This document shows, piece by piece, positions 28,273-40,730 of a stretch of DNA of 64,000 nucleotides. The position numbers were made by a program, and so were the translations under genes. Origin of the DNA: the human T2T-CHM13v2.0 reference genome, Homo sapiens. How positions within the stretch are numbered: the first letter of the stretch is position 1; every line of letters begins with the position of its first letter. The stretch is from the NCBI RefSeq assembly GCF_009914755.1, contig NC_060933.1; one strand, 5' to 3'. The notes under the pieces were generated by a model that worked only from the letters and a program-made list of their open reading frames with translations, did not search any database and had not been told where the DNA came from.

Positions 28273-31200
28273 TCCTTCTTTGCAGTTCCTTGCCCTCTAT
28301 TTGGAAGCTCATGGTGTTTACATTATAAATTCCTCTTTTCTGGCATCTGACTTTCCCTGTGATGGAGAACAGGGAGTCTGAATAGGAAAGCACAGCCTGC
28401 CATGAGTACATTTTCAGGCTCGTTAAGTCTCATATTCATTTGCCGCAAGGAATGAGAAAAGAAGAGAGAGCAACTAAAGACTGCATGTTTCAAACATGGG
28501 TGATCATCATTTCTCCTGGGGTAACAGGCTCCCCTTGGAGAAAGAAATTACAAATTACTAATAGATCATATGGCAGAAAATTGCAAATTCCAAGCAAAAT
28601 AAATATATTCTTCCATTTCTAGAGTTTTAAATTGGCTATAAGGTAGGAGGGTGCAGTATTAATAGGCAGCTATCAAATAGAACAGTGGTGTTAAATTACA
28701 TAATCAATTTAATGTTCTGGGTCAGTTGACAAAGAAATCTGTTCTCTCACTGCCACTAATTTAGAGCTTTCAATATCCCATTCACAAGTCTTTTTAAAAA
28801 ACTTTTGGGAAAGATTTTGGTATATCAAATTCTTCCATAAACATCTGTAACAGCTGTGTCAGGGATCCCAGACTAGCTGACCTTTCTCCTTTTGCAGTCT
28901 GAGGGTGGAAATGAGAACATAATCGCCCATGATGAGCTGGCTGAGCAAAGTTGGGCCAAGCCATCAAATGCAGCTGTTGACTTCCCACAGGATTGATCTC
29001 TCTTGCCTCACAGTTCACTTCAGGAGGAAGGTGTGTAGAATATGAGGCCACATGTCCTGTGTGAGTGTGCATGTGTGTGTGAATACAAGCACACATGTTC
29101 ATATCCACATGCATCCAGGGTGAGGGGGATGACAGGGATACAGAAATTTAAAGTACACATTATTTAACTTTGGAGCTAAAGTTTTTTTTATTGGAAAGCC
29201 TTCTGGCTCTTTTGCTCTAGACAGTGGTGAAAATGTGAAGTTCCTTCTCAAGTAGCTCTAGCAAGTAAGCTTTATCTCACGTGCCAACTGATTGGTAAGT
29301 GGTTCTCTGAAGCCCTGTTTTGAGAAGGATTCTGAGAAGGAATCAGGCTTAGCCAGAAGGATTGATTGTTGGTGCATCCTATTATTCCAGAGTGGAACAT
29401 GGAGGTGTACATTGCAACCTTGGGGAAGGTTGTACCTACATGCTTCAAGCAAATGCCATCATTTAAAGAGTAGGACTGGATAAGCACAAGTCTTTAGGAC
29501 ATAGTGTTCATTCTGGTGCCCATGCTCAAAATAGCTAGATGTTACTCAGCACATCCATTATTCAACTATTTATTTAGTGTATATTAACTACCAGGCACTG
29601 TGCTATCCCCTGGAACTACAGAGGAAAACAGGAGAGCCAAAACTGAGAGCTGAGCCACAGCCAAAAGCTGAGTAAGCCAACAACCAGTGAGGTCACATCA
29701 GGTCTCTGATGGGTTTAATGTAGTAAAATCCACCCCCTGAGTAAGCATATAGACAGAAAAATCATTGATTATTAAATACATCTTTGTTTAATGAAAGTCT
29801 GCATGTATGTTTGTTAATATACACGAATGAATTAAAATACCTGCAATGGAATCAAAAGTGGGCATGGCTGTGATGTCCTCAGATATCCTGTCCAGTTTGG
29901 GCTCAGGTCCAATAATGTGAACTAAAAAGATCTTAACCATTGCAATTCATCATTCTGAAAGGCTTAGGGGCAGAAAATTCCATTTGCTGCTTTGATCATA
30001 TTTTCAATTCCAAAAGTTTCCCAAGTGAAACAAGGCATAGTTGGTTCAACAAGGAGAATGGTATAATGATATTGCAGTTAGCAGTTAGGTTTAGGAGAAA
30101 AAAAAAATCAAAAGTTTTTGTAAGGTTAAAGACTTTTGGGGAAAAATTCACTCCTACAATATGCTTGTTTGTTCAGTATCTAATTCTTCACAGTCCTGTT
30201 GGCAGGGCATCAAAGGAGTGGCCCTATGGTCTTCTCAGGCATTCTGATGGTGCAGGCAATATTGATTACTTTTCTATTTGAAAGATAGGGAAAATGTGAA
30301 AACCAAGACCACTTCCTTCTGCTCTTCACCATAAATTGGTATATACACAGACAGCAGTCATTAATTGGCTGAATCTGACAGATTTAATAATTTAATTCTG
30401 CTGCAAAAACAATTATTCAACTTTTTTCTGATTTGTTTTTTCTTTTAGTTTCCTCCTGCTTTATATTATATATACTTCAGCTCTTCTCTGCTAACACATA
30501 TTTAAAAGACTATTTTATTTTGGAGGCTTAAGTGCATAACAATGGTCCCCCAGTCACATGCTTAGTTGCCATAGAAATAGCTTCTGTGTGTTGACTATCT
30601 CCATACATCAGGTACTATGGTAGGCAGGTTAGAAGAAAAGTTGTTCGCAACTTCATCAGAAACTTTTTGCATAATTTAATTCACAGTGTTCTCTGGGAGG
30701 AAAATTTTATTCCCAATAAAATGTTTAAGGAATTTTCTCATGTGCTTTAAGGGTAATCAGTTGTCTACCCAGTTGACTGTCAGCTGCCCATCAGTTAAGA
30801 CTCTAGTGACTTTTTTTGAAAGATGTTATTTTTCAGAACAGTTTTAGGTTCACAGCAAAACTGAGGGAAAGATACAGAGATTTCCCATATACTCCCTGAC
30901 CCTACACATGCACAGCCTCCCCCATTATCAATATCTCTGACCAGAGTGGTATGTTTGTCATAGTTGACAAAGGTACATTGACACATTATTACCCAAAGTC
31001 CATGTTTACATTAGTGTTCACTCCTGGTGTTGTACATTCTGTGGGTTGGACAAATGCATAATGACATGTATTTACCTTTGTAGTATCACACAGAATTGTT
31101 TCAGTGCCCTAAAAGTCTTCTGTGCCTGCCAAGCCATCTTTCCCTCTCCCTTAGCCCAACCATTACTAACTGTCTTCATATTTTTGCCTTTTCCAGAATT

Positions 31201-31836
31201 TCGTATAGTTGGAATCATACAGTATGTAGCCTTTTTAGATTGGCTTCTTTAACTTAGTAATATGTGTTTATAGGTTCTCTATGTCTTCTCATGGTTTGAT
31301 AGCTCATTTCTTTTTAGCACTAAATAATATTCTATTGTCTGGATGTACCACCATCTATTCACCTACTGGGAGACATCTTAGTTGCGTCCATGTTTTGGCA
31401 ATTATGATTAAAGCTGCTGTAAATATCTGTGTACAGGTTTTCCTGTAGACATATGTTTTCAACTCCTTGGAGTAAATACCAGGAAATGTGATTACTTGAT
31501 CTTATGGTAAGAGTATATTTAGTTTTGTAAGAAACCATTAAACTGTCCTCTAAAGTGTCAGTATCATTTTGGATTCCTACCAGCAATGAATGAGAGTTCC
31601 TGTTGTTCTACATGCATGCTCACCATCATTTGGTGTTTTCAGTGTTCTGCACTTCGGTCATTCTAATAGGTGTGTAGCAGCATCTCATTGTTTTTATTTG
31701 CCCTGGTGACATATAATGAAAAGCATATTTTCATATACTTATTTGCCATCTTTTATATTCTTTGGTGAGCTGTATGTTAAGGTCTTTGGCTAATTTTTAT
31801 TATCCGTTGTTTGTTTTATTCTGTTTTACTGTTGAT

Positions 31837-31931
31837 TTTTGAAGGTTCTTTGTACATTTTGGTTAATGGTCTTTTATAGAATGTTTTTTGAAAATATTTT
31901 CCCCCAGTCTGCGCCTTTAAAAAGAAATTAT
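31837..31931. repeat. Inverted repeat arm A inside L1MC
   Basis: Reverse complement of 33800-33896 with 5 substitutions and one 2 bp indel. Confidence 0.95.
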
Positions 31932-32603
31932 CTTGACAATGTCTTTCACAGAGTAGAAAATTTTAATAAAGTCCAGTTTATCAATTTTTTCTTTCACAGT
32001 CCATACCTTTGGAGTCTTATCTACAAAGTCATTGCCAAACCTAAGGTCATCTAGATTTTCTCCTAGGTTTTCTTCTTGGAATTTTACAGTTTTTTATCAT
32101 TTACATTCTGGTCTATGATTCATTTTTAGTTAATTTTTGTGAAGGGTGTAAGATCTGTATCTAAATGGATTTTTTTAATGTTGTTTTTATTTGCACGTAA
32201 ATACCCAATTGTTCCAGCACCATTTGGTGAAGAGACTGTATTTTCTTCACTGTATTACCTTTATTCCTTTGCCAAAGATCAGTTGACTACATTTATATGG
32301 GTCTGTTGCTGAGCTCTCTATTCTGTTCCATCAATCTATTTGTCTATTCTTATACCAATACCATACCATCTTGATTATTATGGGTTTATAGTAAGCTTTG
32401 AAGTCTACTTGTGTCACTTTTCCAACTTTGTTCTTCTCCTTTAGTATTGTGTTGGCTATTCTTGAACTTTTGCTTCTACAAATAAACTTTGGAATCAGTG
32501 TGTCAATATTCACAAAATAACTTTCTGGGATTTTAATTGGGATTGCATTGAGTCTACAGATCAAGTTGGGAAGAACCGACATCTTAAAAATATTGAGTCT
32601 TCT

Positions 32604-32977
<374 letters not shown>

Positions 32978-33799
32978 TCATCAGAGTTTTGTAGTTTTCC
33001 TCATATAGACCTTGTGCATATTTTATTAGACTTATATGAGAGGACTTCAAATTTTTGGTTGCTAATGTAAATAGTATAGTGCTTTAAATTTCAAATTCCT
33101 CTTGTTCATTGCTGTTATATTGGAAAGCAATTGACTTTTGTATATTAACCTTGAATATTCTACAAGATTGTTATAACTGCTTATTAGTTCTAGGAGTTTT
33201 CTTGTTAATTTTTTTAGATTTTCTACATATACAGTTATGTCGTCTGTAAATAAATAATCTTAATTTTTTTCTTCCCAGTTGGTATCTCATTTATTTCATT
33301 TCTTATTGCATTAGCTTAGATTACCAGTACTATATTGAAAAGCAGTGAGAAGAAATATTCTTGCCTTTTCCCTGATCTTACTGGGAAAGTTTCAAGTTTT
33401 TCACTAATAGTGAAAATGTTAGTGTATAGCATGATGTTAGCTGTGGGTTTTTTGTAGATATTCTTTATCAGGTTGAGGAAGTTGGCCTTTATTCCTGTTT
33501 ACTGAGAGTTTTTACTATGAAGAGGTGTTTGGTTTTGTTAAATGCTTTTTCTACATCTATTGATACAATCATGTGGTATTTCCTCTTTAACATGTTGATG
33601 TAAGTTACATTAATTTATTTTCAAATGCTGAGCCAGGTTTGCATACTGGGATAAATTCCACTTGGCTGTGGTATATAATTCTCCTTATACATTGTTCGAT
33701 TTGATTTGCTAATATTTCATTGAGGGTGTTTGCACCTGTCTCATGAGAGATATTGGTGTATAGTTTTCTTTCCTTGTGATGGCATTGTCTGCCATTGCA

Positions 33800-33896
33800 A
33801 TAATTTCTTTTTAAAGGCACAGACTAGGGGAAAATATTTTCAAAAAACTTATTCTATAAAATACCATTAACCAAAATATACAAAGAACATTCAAAA
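33800..33896. repeat. Inverted repeat arm B inside L1MC
   Basis: A-rich sense-oriented L1 block within T-rich antisense L1; reverse complement of 31837-31931. Confidence 0.95.
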
Positions 33897-35343
33897 CCCA
33901 CTTCTGGGCCTGGTGCTTTCTGTTTTGGAAGGTATTGATTATTGATTCAATTTTTAAAATATAGGCCTATTTCTTCCTGTGTGAGTTTTGACAGATTGTG
34001 TCTTTAAAGAAATCAGTCTATTTCCTGTAGTTTCAAATGTGTGGGTGTAGAGTTATTCATAGTATTCTTTTATTATCCTTTTAATATTTATGGGGTCTCT
34101 AGTGAAGTCCCCTCTTTAATTTCTGATATTAGTATTTTGTGTCTTCTCCAATTTTTTTCTTAGCCTGGCTACAGGCCTATCAGTATTATTAATCTTTTCC
34201 AAGAACCAGCTTTTGTTTTCATTCATTTTCCCTATTGACTTCCTGTCTTCAATTTCATTGATTTCCGCTCTAATTTTTATTATTTATCTTCTTCTACTTG
34301 CTTTAGGTTTAGTTTACTTTTCTTTTCCTAGTTTTCTAACATGGAAGCTTAGATGATTGATTTTAGATCTTTTTTCTTTTATGATATATGCATTCAACGC
34401 TGTAAATTTCTAAGCACTGATTTTGCTGCTTTCCACAAATTTTGACAAGTTTTTAAATTTCATTTAGACCAAAATACTTTTTAATTTTTCTTGAGATTTT
34501 GTATTTTGCTCGTGTGTTATTTAGAACTGTGCTGTTTAATCTCTAAGCATTTTGGGATTTTCCAGCTGTCTTTCTGTTACTGATTTCTAGTTTAATCTTA
34601 TTGTAGTCTAAGAGTAGATGCTGTGTAATTTATAATATTTCAAATTTGTTAAGGTGTGTTTATGGCCCAAAATGTGCTCTATCTTGTTGAATATTTTGTG
34701 TGAGCTTGAGAAGAATGTGTATTTTGCTGTTGTTGGATAAAGTAGTGTATAGATGTTCATTATATCCAGTTGGTTGATGTTGTTAAATTCAACTATATTC
34801 TTACTGATTTTCTGCCCACTGGATTTGTCCATTCCTGATAAAAGAGTGCTGAAGTCTCTAACTATAATAGTGGTTTCACGTATTTTTCTTTGCAGCTATA
34901 TCAATTTTGCCTCACATATTTTGACACTCTGTTGTTAAAGCCTAATGACTGTTAACAAAATATTTTTGTCTCTTTACATCTTGCTTAACAGTGAGTGTGT
35001 AACTATTCCCTTGTCGTATAACATGTTACTACTACAAGACAATATTCAAATTGTCCCAAGAGGAATATTTTTCCCCTTGTGTGCAAATATGTAGTAGAAA
35101 TGTGCTCTTAATTGACTGAATACTTTAGCTAGAGAGACTTTATACACATTGTCTCTTGTCTTCTTAACGTCCTATTGATTATGTTATCTCATTTACTTAC
35201 GGGAAAAGTAAGGTCTGGGAAGTTTGCTCAGAAAAACATAGCTAATAAGTAGATGAATTCGGTTGAATTCAAAACCCTATTTATGTGATTCTAAAATATT
35301 TTCCAAAATGCATCTCCATCTCTTTTGGTGGGTTGATGGTTTG

Positions 35344-37589
35344 TGTATTAGTCTGGTCTCACACTGATGATACAGACATATCTAAGACTAGGCAATTTAC
35401 AAAATAAAGAGGTTTATTGGATTTACAGTTCCATGTGGCTTTGGAGGCCTCACAATCGTGGCGGAAGGTGAAAGCCATGTCTCATGTGGCGGTGGACAAG
35501 AGAGCTTGTGCACGGAAATTCTCTTATTTAAAACCATAAATCTCATTAGACTAATCCGCTATCAAGAGAACAGCACAGGAAAGACTTGCCCCCATGATTC
35601 AGTTACCTCCCATTGGGTCCCTCCCACAACACATGAGAATTCAAGATGAGATTTGGGTGGAGACACAGCCAAACCGTATCATTCAGCCCCTGACTCCCCC
35701 CAAATCTCATGTTCTCACATTTCAAAACAAATCATGCCTTCCCAACAGTACCCCAAAGTCATAACTCATTTCAGTGTTAACTCAAAAGTCCACAGTCCAA
35801 AGTCTAATCTGAGAAAAGCAAGTTCCTTCCACCTATGAGCCTGTAAAATCAAAAGCAAGTTAGTTATTTCCTAGATACAATGGGATTACAGGCATTGGGA
35901 AAATACAGCCCTTCCAAATGGGAGAAATTGGCTGAAACAAAGGGGCTACAGGCCCCATGCAAGTCTGAAATCCAGCGGGGCTGTCAAATTTTAAAGCTCC
36001 AAAATGAACCCCTTTGACTCCATGTCTCACATTCAGGTAGTGCTGATGCAAAAGGTGGGTCTCCATGGTCTTGGGCAGCTCCACCCCTGAGGCTTTGCAG
36101 TGTACAGCCTCCCTCCCAGCTGCTTTCACAGCCTGATATTGAGAGTCTGTAGCTTTCCAGGCAGACGGAGCGAGATATTGGTGGATCTACATTCTGGTGT
36201 CTGGAGGATGGTGGCCCTCTTCTCATGGCTCCACTAGATGGTGCCCCAGTAGGGACACTGTGTGAGGGCTCCAACCCCACATTTCCCTTCCACACCACCC
36301 TACCAGAGGTTTTCCATGAGGACCCTGCCCCTGTAGCAAACTTCTTCCTGGGGGCTTTCAGGTGTTTCCATACAGCCTCTGAAATCTAGGCAGAGGTTTT
36401 CAAACTCCAATCCTTGACTGCTGTGCACTCATAGGCTCAATGCCACATGGAAGATGCCAAGGAGTGGGGCTTCCACCCTCTGAAGCAAAAGCCTGAACTC
36501 TACCTTGGCTCCTTTCAGCCTGGCTGGAGTGGCTAGGATGCAGGGCACCAAGTCCCTAGGCTGTGCACAGCATGGGGATCCTGGGCCTGGCCCACAAAAC
36601 CATTTTTTCCTCTTAGACCTCTGGGCCCTGTGATGGGAGGGGCTGCCATGAAGACTTCTGAGATGCCCTGGAGACATTTTCCCCATTGTCTTGGGGATTA
36701 ACTTTCAGCTCCTTGTTACTTATGCAAATTTCTGCAGCCAGCTTGAATTTCTTCTCAGAAAATGGGATTTTCTTTTCTAATGCATTGTTAGGCTGCAGTT
36801 TCTAAACTTTTCTGCTCTGCTTCCCTTATAAAACTGAATGCCTTTAACAGCACCCAAGTCACCTCTTGAATGCTTTGCTGCTTAGAAATTTCTTTGGCCA
36901 GATACCCTAAATCATCTCTCTCAAGTTCAAAGTTCCACAGATCTCTAGGGCAGAGGCAAAATGCCGCCAGTCTCTTTGCTAAAACATAACAAGAGTCACC
37001 TTTGCTCCAGTTCCCAGCAAGTTCTTCATTTCCATCTGAGACCACCTCAGCCTGGACCTTATTGTTCATATTATTATCAGCATTTTTGTCAAAGTCATTC
37101 AACAAGTCTCTAGGAAGTTTCAAACTTTCCCACGTTTTTCTGTCTTTTTCTGAGCCCTCCAAACTCTTTCAACTTCTGCCTGTTACCCAGTTCCAAAGTC
37201 ACTTACACATTTCTAGGTATCTTTTCAGCAGTGCCCCACTCCCAGTACTAATTTACTGTGTTAGTCTGTTCTCACGCTGCTGATAAAGAAATACCTGACT
37301 GGACAATTTACAAAAGAAAGAGTTTTATTGGACTTACAGTTCCACATGGCTGGGGAGGCCTCACAATCATGGCAGAAGGTGAAAGGCACATCTCACATGG
37401 CAGCAGACAAGAGAAGAGAGCTTGTGCAGGGAAAGTTCACTTTTTAAAACAATGAGATCTCATGAGGCTTATTCACTAACACAAGAACAGCATGGGAAAG
37501 ACCTATTCAATTACCTCCTACCGGGTCCCTCCCACAACACGTGAGAATTCAAGCTGAGATTTGGGTGGGGACACAGCCAAACCATATCA
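35344..37589 (-). mobile_element. Full-length THE1B-like MaLR provirus: LTR 35344-35681, internal 35682-37256, LTR 37257-37589
   Basis: Two homologous LTRs TGT(A/G)TTAGTC...CAGCCAAACC(G/A)TATCA; ~1.58 kb internal region; 5 bp TSD GTTTG/GGTTG (4 of 5). Confidence 0.95.
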
Positions 37590-38119
37590 GGTTGTTTATT
37601 CTAATTTCCTTGGGCATTTTGTGCTTTTCAGATGTGCAAAGGCCTGCTTCAGTTTCTATAGTAAGTAGGCCTAAATGGTACCATCCATTTCACATGGCAA
37701 CATGCATCAGTATTTCTGATGTCTGTGTTCTGGGAGGCCACACACAGGTGCTTACCCTAAAACATAGAGTCTCTTCCTCTCTTTGTATGAGGAACACTTA
37801 TAGCTACAGTCTATTGAGTAAGGTACTCTATCTAGATTATGTCCTTGAACCCTATTACAGAAGATAATAATGTCTACTATATTGTAAAGTAGATATTATT
37901 TCCCCTTTTATACAGTGGAGGAAATTGAATTTCAGAGAATTAGATTAATGTGCCCATGCATACAAAGCTGCTAAAAGCTGAGCCATATGCTTTTCTTCAG
38001 TGTATGAATGAAGAAAAGAAATTTTAGTGTTTTTCCCTTTTTTCCCGTTTAACAGCACCTTTACCATTCTGCCTTCTGAAGTTACCACAATGATGCCATT
38101 TCTTCAGCAGGTGAAAGCC

Positions 38120-38343
38120 TTCTTTGTTTTTGTTTTGTATTGTTTTAATTGTTTTGGATTCATTCAGGTTTGTTGCATGAGTATATTATACAGTCTTGGT
38201 GTTTGGGCTTCTGTGGAACCCATCACCCAAATAGAAAACATAGTACCCAATAAGTAGTTTTTCAACCCCTTCTCCTCTTCTACCCCATCCCCTTCTAGAG
38301 TCCCCAGTATCTATGGTTTCCATTTTTATGTCCATGTGTACCT
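38120..38343 (-). mobile_element. L1PA15/16-like 3' end fragment
   Basis: CCCATCACCCAAATAGAAAACATAGTACCCAATAAGTAGTTTTTCAACCC...TTTATGTCCATGTGTACC. Confidence 0.8.
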
Positions 38344-38784
38344 GGATTAATTCATGTTTATAATTTTCCAAGAGAGAATGTGGCTGTCCTTTGAACCACA
38401 CCTCTTTCATTCCATCTATTTTCTGTCTCTTGGAATACAGCATAACCATTTCTGAAAAGTTCTCCCTCACTTTCCAGGAGAAAGGGGGGACATATTTCAA
38501 GAGTTTCAATACCTATTAGAGGAATAACAGCGATTATTAATCAGGTGGCTGCAAAGCTCTGTACAAGATCATTTTTGGTCCATCAAGTTGTCTCTCATGG
38601 CTTCGTATGAACATGGTACAGGTGATAGGGTTTGGGGGTGGATTCCTGATGGAAAGGGGAACCCCGGCTCAAGGCTGAAAAATGGACAGGCAGCCTGATG
38701 GGAAGGCTGACTGATCAAACAGTTCCACTGAGCCCCAGGCTGGGGAGTCTCCTAGTTATGATGCATACTCTGTGCTGTACTTCT

Positions 38785-38950
38785 GCTTGAATTTGAATGA
38801 CAGCCTTGGGCAAGCTTCCAAATCTGTTTCCTCACCAATAAAATGAGGGTCATAATAGCACTTCCCTTATAGAATTGTTAGAAGACGTAAATGAGATAAA
38901 GCCTCTAAAGCCCTTAACCCAGTGTCAAACACCAAATAAATGCTCAGCAG
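38785..38950 (+). mobile_element. MIR SINE
   Basis: CCTTGGGCAAG...TTTCCTCACCAATAAAATGAGGGTCATAATAGCAC...TAAATGAGATAA. Confidence 0.8.
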
Positions 38951-38957
38951 CAAACAG

Positions 38958-39070
38958 AGTGATCCTATGCCCTGTGTATGTCCAGTGCTATTGTGGTTTA
39001 TGCCTATTGTGGCATACTTTTTCACTGTCAGAGCATCATGGGTTAGGCAATAAATTATATGGTCGTCCAA
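38958..39070. mobile_element. MER94-like hAT MITE
   Basis: GGTTTATGCCTATTGT...CAATAAATTATATGGTCGTCC. Confidence 0.5.
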
Positions 39071-40109
39071 CTGTCAAATGCTATTTATTATATTATATTT
39101 GACTGTAAAATATCATCCATTTTCAATGTAAGAAACCCAAAGATTGGTGAGAGGATGAAGCTAGAACAACTGTGGTTAGCTGGATGCTGGCCAGGTCAGA
39201 GAAAGTTTCTGTGAACAGTCGTTACGAGCGGCAAAGATGGTCAGTAAATATTCTGTGTTCTGAAGTGTTCTCTCTCTTCCTTGCTTCTGAAGTGAATCTG
39301 AAGGACTCCAATCAGTGGACATAAGAAACAGTGACAGAGGCTAAAGGCAGAAGAGGAAAAGAGTAATACATGTCTACCTGTTCTCTTGCCTCCTTGCCAA
39401 CAAAGAACGAAGTCTGATTAAGGGGAAAGCTAGGGGAGTTCCCTCAACTTCCTAAATGATGCTCACTCCCTGTCTGCCCCTGTTATTTCCCTCTCTTTTT
39501 TATTAAATCTCATGTCCACAGTAAATAATAGTAAATTTTATAATCCTGGTTCTCATTTTGTTATCTAACCAGTTAACCTATTGACTTTTTGACTTTTAGT
39601 TCATTCTAACCTTATTCACTCTTGTTTTATCTGTCTGCCTAGGACAAAAGTGATCATTTTCCATGAAGTGTAACTACTTTTAAGAATTAGACCACCTTGT
39701 TCTTCAAATATTTGGAGGACCTCTTACTAAGACCCTAGCAAGGGGAACTCTCTGCTCCTGAGGGCTCTGCTGTATTGCTGAATAATCCACTGGGCCATCC
39801 TAGAATATACTCTATTCTAGGAGATGATTCCAAAGTGAAGCTGTGGTGCTGCCCCTCTCATAACCCCTACACCCTCAGCACTGCTGCCCCTGCCCACATT
39901 GCTCTTCCCTGCCTAGGAATGGGATTCAAGATGTATCCTCACACTCCCTTGGCAGTAGCCTGAATCCAGCATAGGATACTTCATTGAGAAAGCTGGGCAA
40001 CCCCTTGTCCCAGAACTGATCGAGTGGTGCCATTCTGCTCAAAAAATGAAGGGGATGCCAGGCCACAAGGGGCAGAGGCTCAAGAAGTCTTTTTTTTTTT
40101 CAGCCTACA

Positions 40110-40328
40110 CAGTGGTTCAGAATTCAGACCACATGAGCTCAAAGCCCGACTCTACTACTTGCTATTTGTAAGACATTTAGAAGGGTATTTAAATTCTCTA
40201 TGCCTTCACTTTCTCATCTATAAATTGATGATAATAATCACATTTACTGATTTTTTTAAAAGATTATAGGTGACAATGTATGTAAAGTACTCAGGACAGC
40301 ACATAATGTTCAAAATATTACTATCACC
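40110..40328 (+). mobile_element. MIR SINE
   Basis: CAGTGGTTCAG...CACTTTCTCATCTATAAATTGATGATAATAAT...TGTAAAGTACTCAGGACAG. Confidence 0.75.
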
Positions 40329-40569
40329 GTCATGATTTTTAAGTTGGAGTTAGACTTCTTTGGAGTATAATCCACATACCTTTAATGGTTTCATTACATG
40401 ACTGATGTGTTATATGTATATTATATGTATATATGTAATTGTGAATATAGATACCGCAAATATGTGTAATTTTTTAGTCATTTAGCTAGGTCCTATTCTG
40501 CCCCAGATTTTGAGCAAGTCATTGAATTTTGTTTTTTCTTTCCCTGTCTTTGCTTATTAATATATATGT

Positions 40570-40730
40570 ACAACCCTTAGAACAACTCTATGATACAGAA
40601 ATTATCATTCTCTTTTTTTTTTTAATAAGTGGCGGAAGGATGTTTAGGGGAGCTAAGTAACTTGTCCAAGGTTACATAGCCGATACATAGCAAGATTTCA
40701 ACTGAGGTAGTCTCTCTCCAGAGATTGTAC
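40570..40730 (-). mobile_element. MIR SINE
   Basis: CTAAGTAACTTGTCCAAGGTTACATAGC...AGATTTCAACTGAGGTAGTCT. Confidence 0.7.

Noticed and set aside
35860-37283. ORFs of 85-124 aa in the THE1 internal region
   Set aside because: Broken MaLR internal ORF relics
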